Positions 38,209 to 46,863 of a stretch of 64,000 nt of DNA are shown piece after piece. The notes below the pieces were generated by a model. It had not been told where the DNA came from, made no database searches, and was given only the letters and a program-made list of their open reading frames with translations. The DNA comes from Lachnospiraceae bacterium (GTDB taxonomy: Bacteria; Bacillota; Clostridia; Lachnospirales; Lachnospiraceae): NCBI GenBank assembly GCA_022647575.1, contig JALCKY010000008.1, forward strand, positions 8,635-72,634, in the 5' to 3' direction. How positions within the stretch are numbered: position 1 is the first letter of the stretch; each line of letters starts with the position of its first letter. A program made the position numbers and the translations under genes.

Positions 38209-40773
38209 TCACTGGCCCAGAAGAAGCTTCATAACCGCTTCCCCGGACATATTCTGCACGCCGGCCGCATCGCTCATCGCCGATGCGCCGTTCGTGATCC
38301 ACGTTGCCTTGACGACATTGCCGGATACATAGGCGCTGTACGGCTCTTCGACCGGAGCAAACGGCCATTCCGGGAAATACTTCGCCATATAGTAAGCCGC
38401 CAGTTTCGCCGCGACGGAATCCATCGTCTGTGCGTCGGTTTCCGTTCCCGGCGCAGAGGTTCCGGAAATCTGTACACCGGCTCCCTGCGTTCCGTACGGA
38501 ACAAGGGTCGAATGGGCCAGCAGGACCGAACCGTCGCTGCAGACGCCGAGCACGATGTAGACATGACCCGCACTGTTTCCTTCATCGACGCTCATGATAT
38601 CGCCCGGATGAAGGGTCGGATCCGAAGTCGTCGCCCAGCCGTAATTCTGATATTCATTGGCGACATCGAAGGACCGCTGCAGTTCGTAATTCTCGCCGTT
38701 CGTGCTGAAGAGCGTATTGTAGACCGCCCAGTGCACATAACCCGAGCAGTCCAGTCCGTTTCCGTGCTGGAAGGTAAACTGATTGAAATCATATCCCAGC
38801 CTTGCATTCTGCTTAAAGAAATTCCACCAGGCATCCTGATAGCCGATGATCCGTGCATCGACGGGGTCTGCCGGAATGTTGCCGTAGTTCCATCCGCCGT
38901 CCAGGATGTAAAGCGTGCGTCCGACCGGCTTCATCGCATTCTGCAGAAGGGAAAGGACCGTGCGCTGTCCCGGCGCCGAGGAAAGACAGACATCGCGTCC
39001 GGTCGGAACCAGATACCATTTCTGGGTACTGCTGCCGTCCGGCGCATTCGCCTGGACATTGGCTCCTCTGCCGGCATTTCCGGCAATGTCCGCAACACTG
39101 CCGAGCCTGCTCTCGAGCATATAGGTGCCGTCCTCATTTTTCGTGATCTTCCAGAGCTGCGCCGCCGTGCCGTTCCATTCATACTGCCCGATATTGGCTC
39201 CGGATGCCGGACTGCCGCCGGCGATGTCCAGGGCTTTCCCGGAATTGGAATTGATGAGACGGTAGTAGCCATCGCCGCTGTAGATCGCATCGAACTTCTG
39301 CGCATCCGAAGAATTGACCTGCCAGGTCTGCACGTTCGCGCCGTTGAGCCTTGATCCGCCGGCAACGTCCAGACTGTATTCCGTATTGTCCGCGGAGGAA
39401 ATCACATACGTTCCGTCGTACTCATGCTTCTCGGCATCCGTTTCGATCAGGACGAATTTCTGCGCATCCGTTCCGTTCGGTTCATACATCTGCAGATAGG
39501 CGTCCTGCACGGAACGTCCGCCCGGCACGTCAAGAACCTTTCCGGAAGAACTGTTGGCAATCGTATAGGTTCCGTCGGTGTTCCGGAAGAATTTCCATTT
39601 CTGCGCGTTCGTGTAGTTCGGTTCATAGACCTGCACGGCCGCTCCGTTCGCCTGGCTGTTGCCTGAGACATCCAGGGAAAGTTCCGATTTCTCATTGACG
39701 AACTGGTAGGAGCCGTCGCTGTTCTTCGTAAGCGTGAACATCTGGGCTTCCGTCTGGTTCTTTCCGTGGAGCCACACTCTCGTACCCTTCACGATGCCGC
39801 CGCCTGTCACGTCGATGGCCAGATTCGGATCGGCTTTCGATACGATGACATAGGTGCCGCCTGCATCGATTCCGTCTTCCGTTTCAATGATGTCAAAGTT
39901 CGCCGTCTTCGTTCCGAAATAAAGCCCGCTTCCGGTCACCGTGACCGAAGCCGTTCCCGGCTCGACATTGTCTGCATAAGCAACGGAATAATCATCGCCT
40001 TCGGCAAGGACACGGCTGTTGAATTTGACTTTCACGCCCGGCGTCACCGCCGATCCGGTATACGCTTTCTGGGAAATGGAGAGGCTGACCGACGCATCTT
40101 CCAGACTGAGTCTGACCTGGGTCATTTTCCACTTCTGCGCAGCGGTTCCGTTGTAGGTATACGTCTGGATATTCGTCAGGTTATCCGCGGAGCCTCCTGC
40201 GACGTCGAGGACCGTGCCGAGCTTGCTCTTGAATGTCACGGTTCCGTCGCTGTTCTCAACCACTCTCCACTTCTGGGCCGCTGATCCGTTGTACGTCCAC
40301 TGCTGGACATTGGCGCCCGGCTTTGCATTTCCTCCCTCGACGTCGACTGCCTTCCAGGAATGGACATTCAGAATATGGTAGTAGCCGTCCCCGTCATAAA
40401 CGAAGAGGAATTTCTGCGCCTGCGTCTGATTCGCTTCCCACAGATGGATATTGGTTCCGTTGAAATCATAGGTATTATAGACATTGACTTTCGACGTCCC
40501 GTTCAGGACTGTCGAAATCATATAGACCCGGCCGTTGAATGAACCGGTGTCATAGACTTCGCTGATCGCCGCCTCCGGCTCCGAAGAAGATACAGCAGGC
40601 TCCGGAGAAGACAGAACCGGCTCTGCAGCGGACTCGGTCTTCCCGAGTTCCGTGACGGCATTTGCCGGATGTCCGGTACCCGATGAAAAGGTATCGGCGT
40701 AGACCGGCACGGACGCAGCAAGCGCCGCGGCTGTCAAGACTGCTGTCATTTTCCTGATGAAAGATCTTCTCAT
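38209..40773 (-). CDS. Secreted protein: ricin-B lectin domains, Ig-like repeat and C-terminal NlpC/P60-like domain
   Basis: Signal peptide; many QxW/QKF ricin repeats in three clusters; GLDCSGYV, GDIM, GHVYI, AHST. Confidence 0.85.
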   Translation of the reverse strand: MRRSFIRKMTAVLTAAALAASVPVYADTFSSGTGHPANAVTELGKTESAAEPVLSSPEPAVSSSEPEAAISEVYDTGSFNGRVYMISTVLNGTSKVNVYNTYDFNGTNIHLWEANQTQAQKFLFVYDGDGYYHILNVHSWKAVDVEGGNAKPGANVQQWTYNGSAAQKWRVVENSDGTVTFKSKLGTVLDVAGGSADNLTNIQTYTYNGTAAQKWKMTQVRLSLEDASVSLSISQKAYTGSAVTPGVKVKFNSRVLAEGDDYSVAYADNVEPGTASVTVTGSGLYFGTKTANFDIIETEDGIDAGGTYVIVSKADPNLAIDVTGGGIVKGTRVWLHGKNQTEAQMFTLTKNSDGSYQFVNEKSELSLDVSGNSQANGAAVQVYEPNYTNAQKWKFFRNTDGTYTIANSSSGKVLDVPGGRSVQDAYLQMYEPNGTDAQKFVLIETDAEKHEYDGTYVISSADNTEYSLDVAGGSRLNGANVQTWQVNSSDAQKFDAIYSGDGYYRLINSNSGKALDIAGGSPASGANIGQYEWNGTAAQLWKITKNEDGTYMLESRLGSVADIAGNAGRGANVQANAPDGSSTQKWYLVPTGRDVCLSSAPGQRTVLSLLQNAMKPVGRTLYILDGGWNYGNIPADPVDARIIGYQDAWWNFFKQNARLGYDFNQFTFQHGNGLDCSGYVHWAVYNTLFSTNGENYELQRSFDVANEYQNYGWATTSDPTLHPGDIMSVDEGNSAGHVYIVLGVCSDGSVLLAHSTLVPYGTQGAGVQISGTSAPGTETDAQTMDSVAAKLAAYYMAKYFPEWPFAPVEEPYSAYVSGNVVKATWITNGASAMSDAAGVQNMSGEAVMKLLLGQ

Positions 40774-40813
40774 GCGATGTTCCTCCCGGCTGTTTCCGCA
40801 GTTTCCCTCAAAT

Positions 40814-43042
40814 CTACGGGCTGACCTTCAGAATATAGGTCGTCACTCCGTCAGAATATGCAACGGTACCGATGCTTTGAAGGAGCGTGTCATTCAGGTT
40901 TCCGAATTTTTCACGTTCCAGCTGTCCGATGTAGATATATGAAATATTATACCGCAAAATGAGCGATTTTACAGTATTTATGTCGTCCGACGTGTAAATC
41001 GTCTCTATGTCCGCAGCCCTCTGGTTCAGCTCGTCGGTATCGTTCCTCCAGAGCCATTCATGCACGTACCAGCCCAGCACGGTCGGCAGCCCGGTCGAGA
41101 CGGAAACCCGGCCGTAATCGGAGTAGCTGTCGCCGTTCGCTTCGAGGATGACCGGCTGCCCTTCCGTATTTTCATTGAGCCAGCGGATGGCCTTGTAATC
41201 CGAGGCAAAATCTTCGCTGATGAAGACGGAGGCATCCGTGCTGATTCTTTTCGACGCATCGAATACATTTCCGAACCAGGCACTGCAGCTGCTGAAAATG
41301 TACCCGCCCATAAGCAGCAAAAGAATCACGCCCGCACCCGCGAAGAACCGCAGCTTCTTCCGGCCGCCGGTGAGTCCGCGCATCAGGATGTACCCCATCG
41401 AAATCCCGAATAGAATGAAAGCCTGGTAGGTCAGCTTGAACATCGTATTGGAGCGGTAATGGCTGGCCGTATAGATATCCTTCACGTAAATCAGCTCCGG
41501 CAGGATGACCAGGCCGATCGCGCAGAACCCGAAGAGCACGACCGTCAGGTCCGTCACGTCGATGGAATTCAGCATGCGGATAAAAGCGTTCCCGCGGGCT
41601 TTTTTTCTCTTCTCTTCGCTGCCGGATGCTTCATCCGCAGAGACTGCCCTGCTTCTTCTGCGGAATTCCCCGATCAGCGTAAAGAGGAAGGCAATGACGA
41701 CCGCAAAGGGAAGTCCCCACAGGATTGCCAGCTGATAGAATGCGGAATGACTGTAAGTCAGCCGGATCTCCGAGGAGATCATGCTGAAGTTCAGCGTAAA
41801 CGGCAGCGCCGCCAGTACGCCGATGACCGCGATTTCCGCAAAGTTCAGAAGCGTGATGAAGAGGAAGCGGAACGGGTCGTGACGGTAGGTCCTCATATTC
41901 ATGAAGAAAATGACGAAGCCGCAGACGACGAAATAAATCGGAAAGTCCCAGAAATTCGTCCAGCGGAACAGTCCCGTCATCAGGCCGATCAGGATGATAT
42001 ACGGCGAAAGCAGACCTTCTGCCAGAAGGGAACGGTTGTCCGGATCGGACCGTAGCTTCCTGTCCTTCTGGGAAAGCGCCCAGGCATAGACGATCGCCGC
42101 GACGGTGATCACGAAAAGGATATTCAGGAAATGGGCATGCAGGTCGCCGAGGACGCTGGAATAGCTCGGGAATTCATGAATCGTCTTGTCGTCGATATCC
42201 GGATCGTAGCCGATGTAGCGCGTCGAGTTCGGGAACCAGTAATGATAGCTGCCGCCGGTCACGATCGGAAGAAGAATGCCGTAGATCACATAATGGAAGT
42301 TTCCGCAGAAGGCGACCGCTGCCCCGGACAGAAGTCCCGCCAGGGTATTTACGAGTACGGAAGGGTTCCCGGATGCAGACTGCTTCACGGACGCGGAAGG
42401 CTTCCCGGATACCGTCAGCCGGTGCTGCCGCGTCATTTCAAACACAAGGGAGAACGGCAGGACGAAGGAAAATGACGTGACCGTCGCCCGCATGAGATTG
42501 TAGCCGACTCCGGCCGGTACGCCGGTGATCCGCACCAGAAATGCCGTCATGTACTGGCCGCCGTAATAATAATTGAGAGAAGAACCGGCATGCCATGGAT
42601 CCGCCGCCGGCATCCATTCGCTGCGCAGCAGGGACGTCAGATAGCCGTAATCCATGAATTTCTCCGTGCCGTAGGCTTCCGGCTTAAAGCCGATCATCCA
42701 GACCCAGATGAGAAAAATGCCGAGGAAAAGAAGCTCTTCGAATATGACCAGCTTCAGGTTCATTTCCCGGAAAGCATCCCTGTTCCGGCGCAGAACGGCA
42801 CGCAGGAGGAGGATTCCCGGGACAAGGAAGACCGCGACCGTGATCATGGCATTGACCTGCGTAAAGGCCAGGACGTGCATGCAGTTCAGAACCCACAGAA
42901 GCCATGCGGAAATAAAGAGGCCGATGGTCTTCGAAAACAGCCATCCGCCGTCGCGGAAACGCCGGAACAGCAGGTTGGAAAGCGGCAGGAACACAATGCC
43001 CAGAAGCAGTATGACCAGCCACCAGATCAGGATATTCAGCAC
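40814..43042 (-). CDS. DUF2298 (YYY) polytopic membrane protein, GT-C-like
   Basis: EKFMDYGYL, NYYYGGQY, IHEFP, GDLHAH, NFWDFP, GW-VHEWLWR; GTG start after GGAGG. Confidence 0.85.
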   Translation of the reverse strand: MLNILIWWLVILLLGIVFLPLSNLLFRRFRDGGWLFSKTIGLFISAWLLWVLNCMHVLAFTQVNAMITVAVFLVPGILLLRAVLRRNRDAFREMNLKLVIFEELLFLGIFLIWVWMIGFKPEAYGTEKFMDYGYLTSLLRSEWMPAADPWHAGSSLNYYYGGQYMTAFLVRITGVPAGVGYNLMRATVTSFSFVLPFSLVFEMTRQHRLTVSGKPSASVKQSASGNPSVLVNTLAGLLSGAAVAFCGNFHYVIYGILLPIVTGGSYHYWFPNSTRYIGYDPDIDDKTIHEFPSYSSVLGDLHAHFLNILFVITVAAIVYAWALSQKDRKLRSDPDNRSLLAEGLLSPYIILIGLMTGLFRWTNFWDFPIYFVVCGFVIFFMNMRTYRHDPFRFLFITLLNFAEIAVIGVLAALPFTLNFSMISSEIRLTYSHSAFYQLAILWGLPFAVVIAFLFTLIGEFRRRSRAVSADEASGSEEKRKKARGNAFIRMLNSIDVTDLTVVLFGFCAIGLVILPELIYVKDIYTASHYRSNTMFKLTYQAFILFGISMGYILMRGLTGGRKKLRFFAGAGVILLLLMGGYIFSSCSAWFGNVFDASKRISTDASVFISEDFASDYKAIRWLNENTEGQPVILEANGDSYSDYGRVSVSTGLPTVLGWYVHEWLWRNDTDELNQRAADIETIYTSDDINTVKSLILRYNISYIYIGQLEREKFGNLNDTLLQSIGTVAYSDGVTTYILKVSP

Positions 43043-43077
43043 TTTAAAACCTCCGAAAAGATTATATCTTTTTTTTC

Positions 43078-43130
43078 TTGACATGTCCATGAAACGTGCT
43101 ATACTGATATCAGTAATTGTTATTGTTATT
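43078..43130 (+). promoter_or_regulatory. perR promoter with candidate PerR/Fur box
   Basis: TTGACA-16-TATACT; overlapping palindrome tactgatatcagta and atatcagtaat-N10-attaa. Confidence 0.6.
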
Positions 43131-43143
43131 AATTTGAAAGGAG

Positions 43144-43539
43144 GTGCCTATGGCCGCTTTGAAATACAGCAGGCAGCGGGAAGCCATCAAGGAATTCCTC
43201 GCCAACCGCTACGATCACCCTACGGCCGACGTTGTCTACGAAAACATGCGGAAGACCTACCCCAACATCAGTCTTGGAACCGTTTACCGCAATCTTGCAC
43301 TGCTTTCCGACATCGGAGAAATCCGGAAGCTGACGACCGGGGACGGAAAAGATCATTTTGACGGCAATCCGAAACCCCATAATCATTTCCTCTGCAGGGA
43401 ATGCGGAAGGATCATCGATCTGAAAATGGACGACATGGATTACGACAAGAAAGCGCAGGAATCGGATTTTGACGGCAGGATAGATGGACACAGCACCATT
43501 TTCTACGGAGTCTGCGGAGACTGTCTCCCGAAATCGTAA
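43144..43539 (+). CDS. perR: Fur-family repressor, PerR-like
   Basis: HPTAD, ISLGTVYRNL, HNHFLCRECG, CGDC; adjacent to rubrerythrins. Confidence 0.85.
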   Translation: MPMAALKYSRQREAIKEFLANRYDHPTADVVYENMRKTYPNISLGTVYRNLALLSDIGEIRKLTTGDGKDHFDGNPKPHNHFLCRECGRIIDLKMDDMDYDKKAQESDFDGRIDGHSTIFYGVCGDCLPKS

Positions 43540-43577
43540 GAAACAGAAAGCCATTCAAAAAGAAACGCAAAACTCTA

Positions 43578-43633
43578 TTGACAAGGCAGTTCAAGTATGG
43601 TAAATTAATATCAGTAATAATTCCTAGTATTAA
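43578..43633 (+). promoter_or_regulatory. Rubrerythrin operon promoter with candidate PerR box
   Basis: TTGACA-17-TAAATT with extended TG; atatcagtaat-N10-attaa shared with the perR promoter. Confidence 0.6.
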
Positions 43634-43674
43634 AACAAACTAAAATAAATCATATTGAAAAGGAGAAAACAATC

Positions 43675-44217
43675 ATGGCAAAATGGGTATGCAGCGTTTG
43701 TGGTTATGTATATGAGGGAGAGAATCCGCCGGAACAGTGCCCGATCTGCAAAGCACCGGCAGAGAAGTTCATCAAACAGGATACGGAAATGACATGGGCA
43801 GCAGAGCATGTCGTCGGCGTTGCCAAAGACGTACCGGATGACATCAAGAAAGACCTGAGAGCCAATTTTGAAGGCGAGTGCTCAGAAGTCGGCATGTATC
43901 TTGCAATGAGCCGCGTCGCTATGCGCGAAGGATATCCGGAAGTCGGCATGTACTATCGCCAGGCAGCTTTTGAGGAAGCAGATCATGCAAGCCGTTTCGC
44001 TGAACTTCTCGGCGAAGTCGTTACGGACAGCACCAAGAAGAACCTTCAGCTCAGAGTCGAAGCCGAGAACGGCGCGACAGCAGGCAAGGTCGATCTGGCA
44101 AAACGTGCAAAAGAGCAGAACCTTGATGCAATCCATGACACCGTTCATGAGATGGCACGCGATGAAGCAAGACACGGCAAGGCATTTAAGGGATTCCTTG
44201 ACAGATATTTCAAATAA
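43675..44217 (+). CDS. Reverse rubrerythrin (NADH peroxidase)
   Basis: N-terminal rubredoxin CSVCG/CPIC, ferritin-like EGECSE, EADHA, EARH. Confidence 0.93.
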   Translation: MAKWVCSVCGYVYEGENPPEQCPICKAPAEKFIKQDTEMTWAAEHVVGVAKDVPDDIKKDLRANFEGECSEVGMYLAMSRVAMREGYPEVGMYYRQAAFEEADHASRFAELLGEVVTDSTKKNLQLRVEAENGATAGKVDLAKRAKEQNLDAIHDTVHEMARDEARHGKAFKGFLDRYFK

Positions 44218-44267
44218 TACCTGAACCTGAGAAACCAATCATCATTTCATAACCGGAGGAAGATAAA

Positions 44268-44804
44268 ATGTCCAAATACGACGGAACAAAAACTCTTGAG
44301 AACCTGAAAGCAGCTTTTGCAGGCGAATCACAGGCACGCAACAAATATACCTACTATGCTTCCGCTGCCAAAAAGGCAGGCTTCGAGCAGATTGCCGCCA
44401 TCTTCCTTGAGACAGCCGATCAGGAAAAAGAACATGCGAAAATGTGGTTCAAGGAATTCCACGGCATCGGCGATCTGGAAGAGAATCTGAAAGACGCAGC
44501 TGCAGGCGAAAACTACGAATGGACTGACATGTACAAGAAAATGGCAGAAGAAGCCGATTCCGAAGGCTTTGCCGATCTTGCCGCAAAATTCCGGGCTGTC
44601 GCCGGTGTGGAAGCAAAACATGAAGAAAGATACAATCAGGTCCTGACAACTTACCAGAACGGCAATACGTTCGTCGGTGATGAGAATACGGTCTGGAAAT
44701 GCAGGAACTGCGGAGCCATCGTCATCGGAAAAGAAGCTCCGGAAATCTGCCCGGTATGCGCTCATCCGCGTGCTTATTTTGAAAGAAGGGCAACGAATTA
44801 TTGA
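44268..44804 (+). CDS. rbr: Rubrerythrin
   Basis: [24 protein letters not shown]-terminal CRNCG/CPVC. Confidence 0.95.
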   Translation: MSKYDGTKTLENLKAAFAGESQARNKYTYYASAAKKAGFEQIAAIFLETADQEKEHAKMWFKEFHGIGDLEENLKDAAAGENYEWTDMYKKMAEEADSEGFADLAAKFRAVAGVEAKHEERYNQVLTTYQNGNTFVGDENTVWKCRNCGAIVIGKEAPEICPVCAHPRAYFERRATNY

Positions 44805-44828
44805 TCTGCCCCTGAAAGCAGTTTATGA

Positions 44829-44864
44829 AAACAGCCGGCTCCGAAAAACGGAGGCCGGCTGTTT
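44829..44864. terminator. Terminator after the rubrerythrins
   Basis: aaacagccggctccg...cggaggccggctgttt. Confidence 0.75.
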
Positions 44865-44925
44865 ATTTTCTGTCTGATTCTGCTGAATTCTGTCTGGTTC
44901 TGTTTTATTCTGCCCGATTCGGTTT

Positions 44926-45867
44926 TCAGCCTCCGAACAGGCTGCTGAACCATGACGTGATCTGTGAGAAAAACTTCTGGAAAATCTCAAGGATTCCCTG
45001 CGTCTGCTCTTCCGTGATGCCGTACTTTGAAAGATCCAGGTTTCCGTTTTTGATCTCGTTGTAAATGTTCTGGGCCTGCTCGGTCAGCGTATTCACGTCA
45101 AGATTAAGCGAAGAGATTTTTTTCATCAATTCAATGATCAGTTCGCGGTCCTTGTCCGACAGGGTAATCTGCATCTGGGCTGCGACATCATCCACGGCCT
45201 TGCCGATGTCTTCATCCGACGTATAATTGTTCTGAACGATGATCTGTTTGATTGCGGCGATCATCTGCGCGACCTTGTCGGAATCCCCGACGTCTGCGGC
45301 CACCTGGGAGGTCGTAACCAGCTCATCATTGGAAGCATCCACCAATTCCGGCTGAATGACATCGCCGGTCATTTTCTCATAAGCTTTCATTGCCCCCACC
45401 AGGGCTGCCGTTCCGGAAATATCAAAGGGTCCGGCAACGACGACGCTGGCATTTTTCATTCCGGCGGTCGCCAGTGCATTTTCATACATGGCAGGCGTCA
45501 CGTAGGTAATGTTATGAGTCTCGACCTGAATGCCGCTTCCGGAAGCTTCCTCCCTGACGCTGCAGGAAGAAAGCGCGCGCGTTCCGATGACGGAAGAATC
45601 CAAGTAGGAATCCAGATACTGATGCTCTTCCGCATTGGTTACGGAAACCGTGATGTCGCTGCTGAGCTGATCTTCTGAAATTCCGAGAAGCTCCAGAACC
45701 TTGGCCTTCTCATCTGCCGAAAGATCTGCCCCGAGTGAAACATACGTCTTGTTCTGAACAGCTGCCGAAGTGCTGCTGTCGTCTGCTGAAACTGCAGCAG
45801 GCGCCGAAATGCAGGTAATGGCCGCAGCTGCTGCCATGGCAATCGCCAGTTGCTTTCTGATTTTCAT
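44926..45867 (-). CDS. DUF1002-family secreted protein
   Basis: Signal peptide; LGADL, VTNAEEH-YL, ALATAG, SGTAALVG. Confidence 0.88.
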   Translation of the reverse strand: MKIRKQLAIAMAAAAAITCISAPAAVSADDSSTSAAVQNKTYVSLGADLSADEKAKVLELLGISEDQLSSDITVSVTNAEEHQYLDSYLDSSVIGTRALSSCSVREEASGSGIQVETHNITYVTPAMYENALATAGMKNASVVVAGPFDISGTAALVGAMKAYEKMTGDVIQPELVDASNDELVTTSQVAADVGDSDKVAQMIAAIKQIIVQNNYTSDEDIGKAVDDVAAQMQITLSDKDRELIIELMKKISSLNLDVNTLTEQAQNIYNEIKNGNLDLSKYGITEEQTQGILEIFQKFFSQITSWFSSLFGG

Positions 45868-45979
45868 ATACTCTCCTTTTTAAATACTCCCTTAAAAGTT
45901 ACCGCAACATTATAACCCATCTGTCAAGAGATGATTCTTAAAGTTCTGTGAAGGGATTTTAGAAAAATTTTCGGATCTG

Positions 45980-46852
45980 TTACGCAAGAATGCGGGAAAA
46001 GGCATTGGAAAGTTCCGCAAACTGGGCAAGCGTCAGGGTTTCCCCGCGTACATCCGGACGGAATCCGCATTCTGCAATCGCCTTCTGGACCGCTTCCTTC
46101 GGAAAAGAAAGTCCCTCGAAATTGGCAATGGAATTGACCAGGGTCTTTCTTCTCTGGTTGAATGTGGCCCTGATCAGGCGGAACATCATCTTTTCATCGT
46201 CCGCCTGGACCGGCGGATGTTCAAAGCGCTTCAGCCGGATGACCGTCGAGCCGACATTCGGACGCGGAACAAAGCTCGTCGGCTCCACCTCCATGATCCT
46301 CTCCGGTTTTGCATAATACTGCACCGCAAGAGAAAGCGCCCCGTAATTCTTCGATCCCGGTCCGGTTTCGATGCGGTCCGCGACTTCCCTCTGGACCATG
46401 ACCGTTACGGTATCGACAGGAGCTCCGCTTTCAAAGAGCTTCATGATGATCGGCGTCGTGATGTAGTAGGGAAGATTCGCCGCGACCTTTAAAGGCCTGC
46501 CTTCATTTTCCTCATCGGCAATTTTCTGCAGATCGGTTTTCAGGATGTCCTGGTTTAAAATGACGGCGTTGTCCCATCCGCTCAGGGTGTCTTCCAGAAT
46601 CGGGATCAGCGTCTTGTCAATCTCCACGGCAATGACTTTTTTTGCGCGCGAAGCAAGATATTGGGTCAGGGATCCGATCCCTGGCCCAATCTCGAGTACG
46701 ACATCGTCTGGCTGGATTTCCGACGCCTCGGCCGTGCCTTCCAGCACGCCGGCATCGATGAGAAAATTCTGTCCGAATTTCTTATGAAATACAAACCCGT
46801 ACTGGCGGAGCACCGCCTCGCAGCGGACAGGATTTCCGAGATATGGTTCCAT
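45980..46852 (-). CDS. rsmA: 16S rRNA m6,2A dimethyltransferase
   Basis: KKFGQNFL, LEIGPG-G, ANLPYYITT, F-QRRKTL. Confidence 0.97.
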   Translation of the reverse strand: MEPYLGNPVRCEAVLRQYGFVFHKKFGQNFLIDAGVLEGTAEASEIQPDDVVLEIGPGIGSLTQYLASRAKKVIAVEIDKTLIPILEDTLSGWDNAVILNQDILKTDLQKIADEENEGRPLKVAANLPYYITTPIIMKLFESGAPVDTVTVMVQREVADRIETGPGSKNYGALSLAVQYYAKPERIMEVEPTSFVPRPNVGSTVIRLKRFEHPPVQADDEKMMFRLIRATFNQRRKTLVNSIANFEGLSFPKEAVQKAIAECGFRPDVRGETLTLAQFAELSNAFSRILA

Positions 46853-46863
46853 GCCTTTCTCCT

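Noticed and set aside
44865-44915. ttctg-type short repeats after the rubrerythrin terminator
   Set aside because: Short low-complexity tract with no evidence of function.
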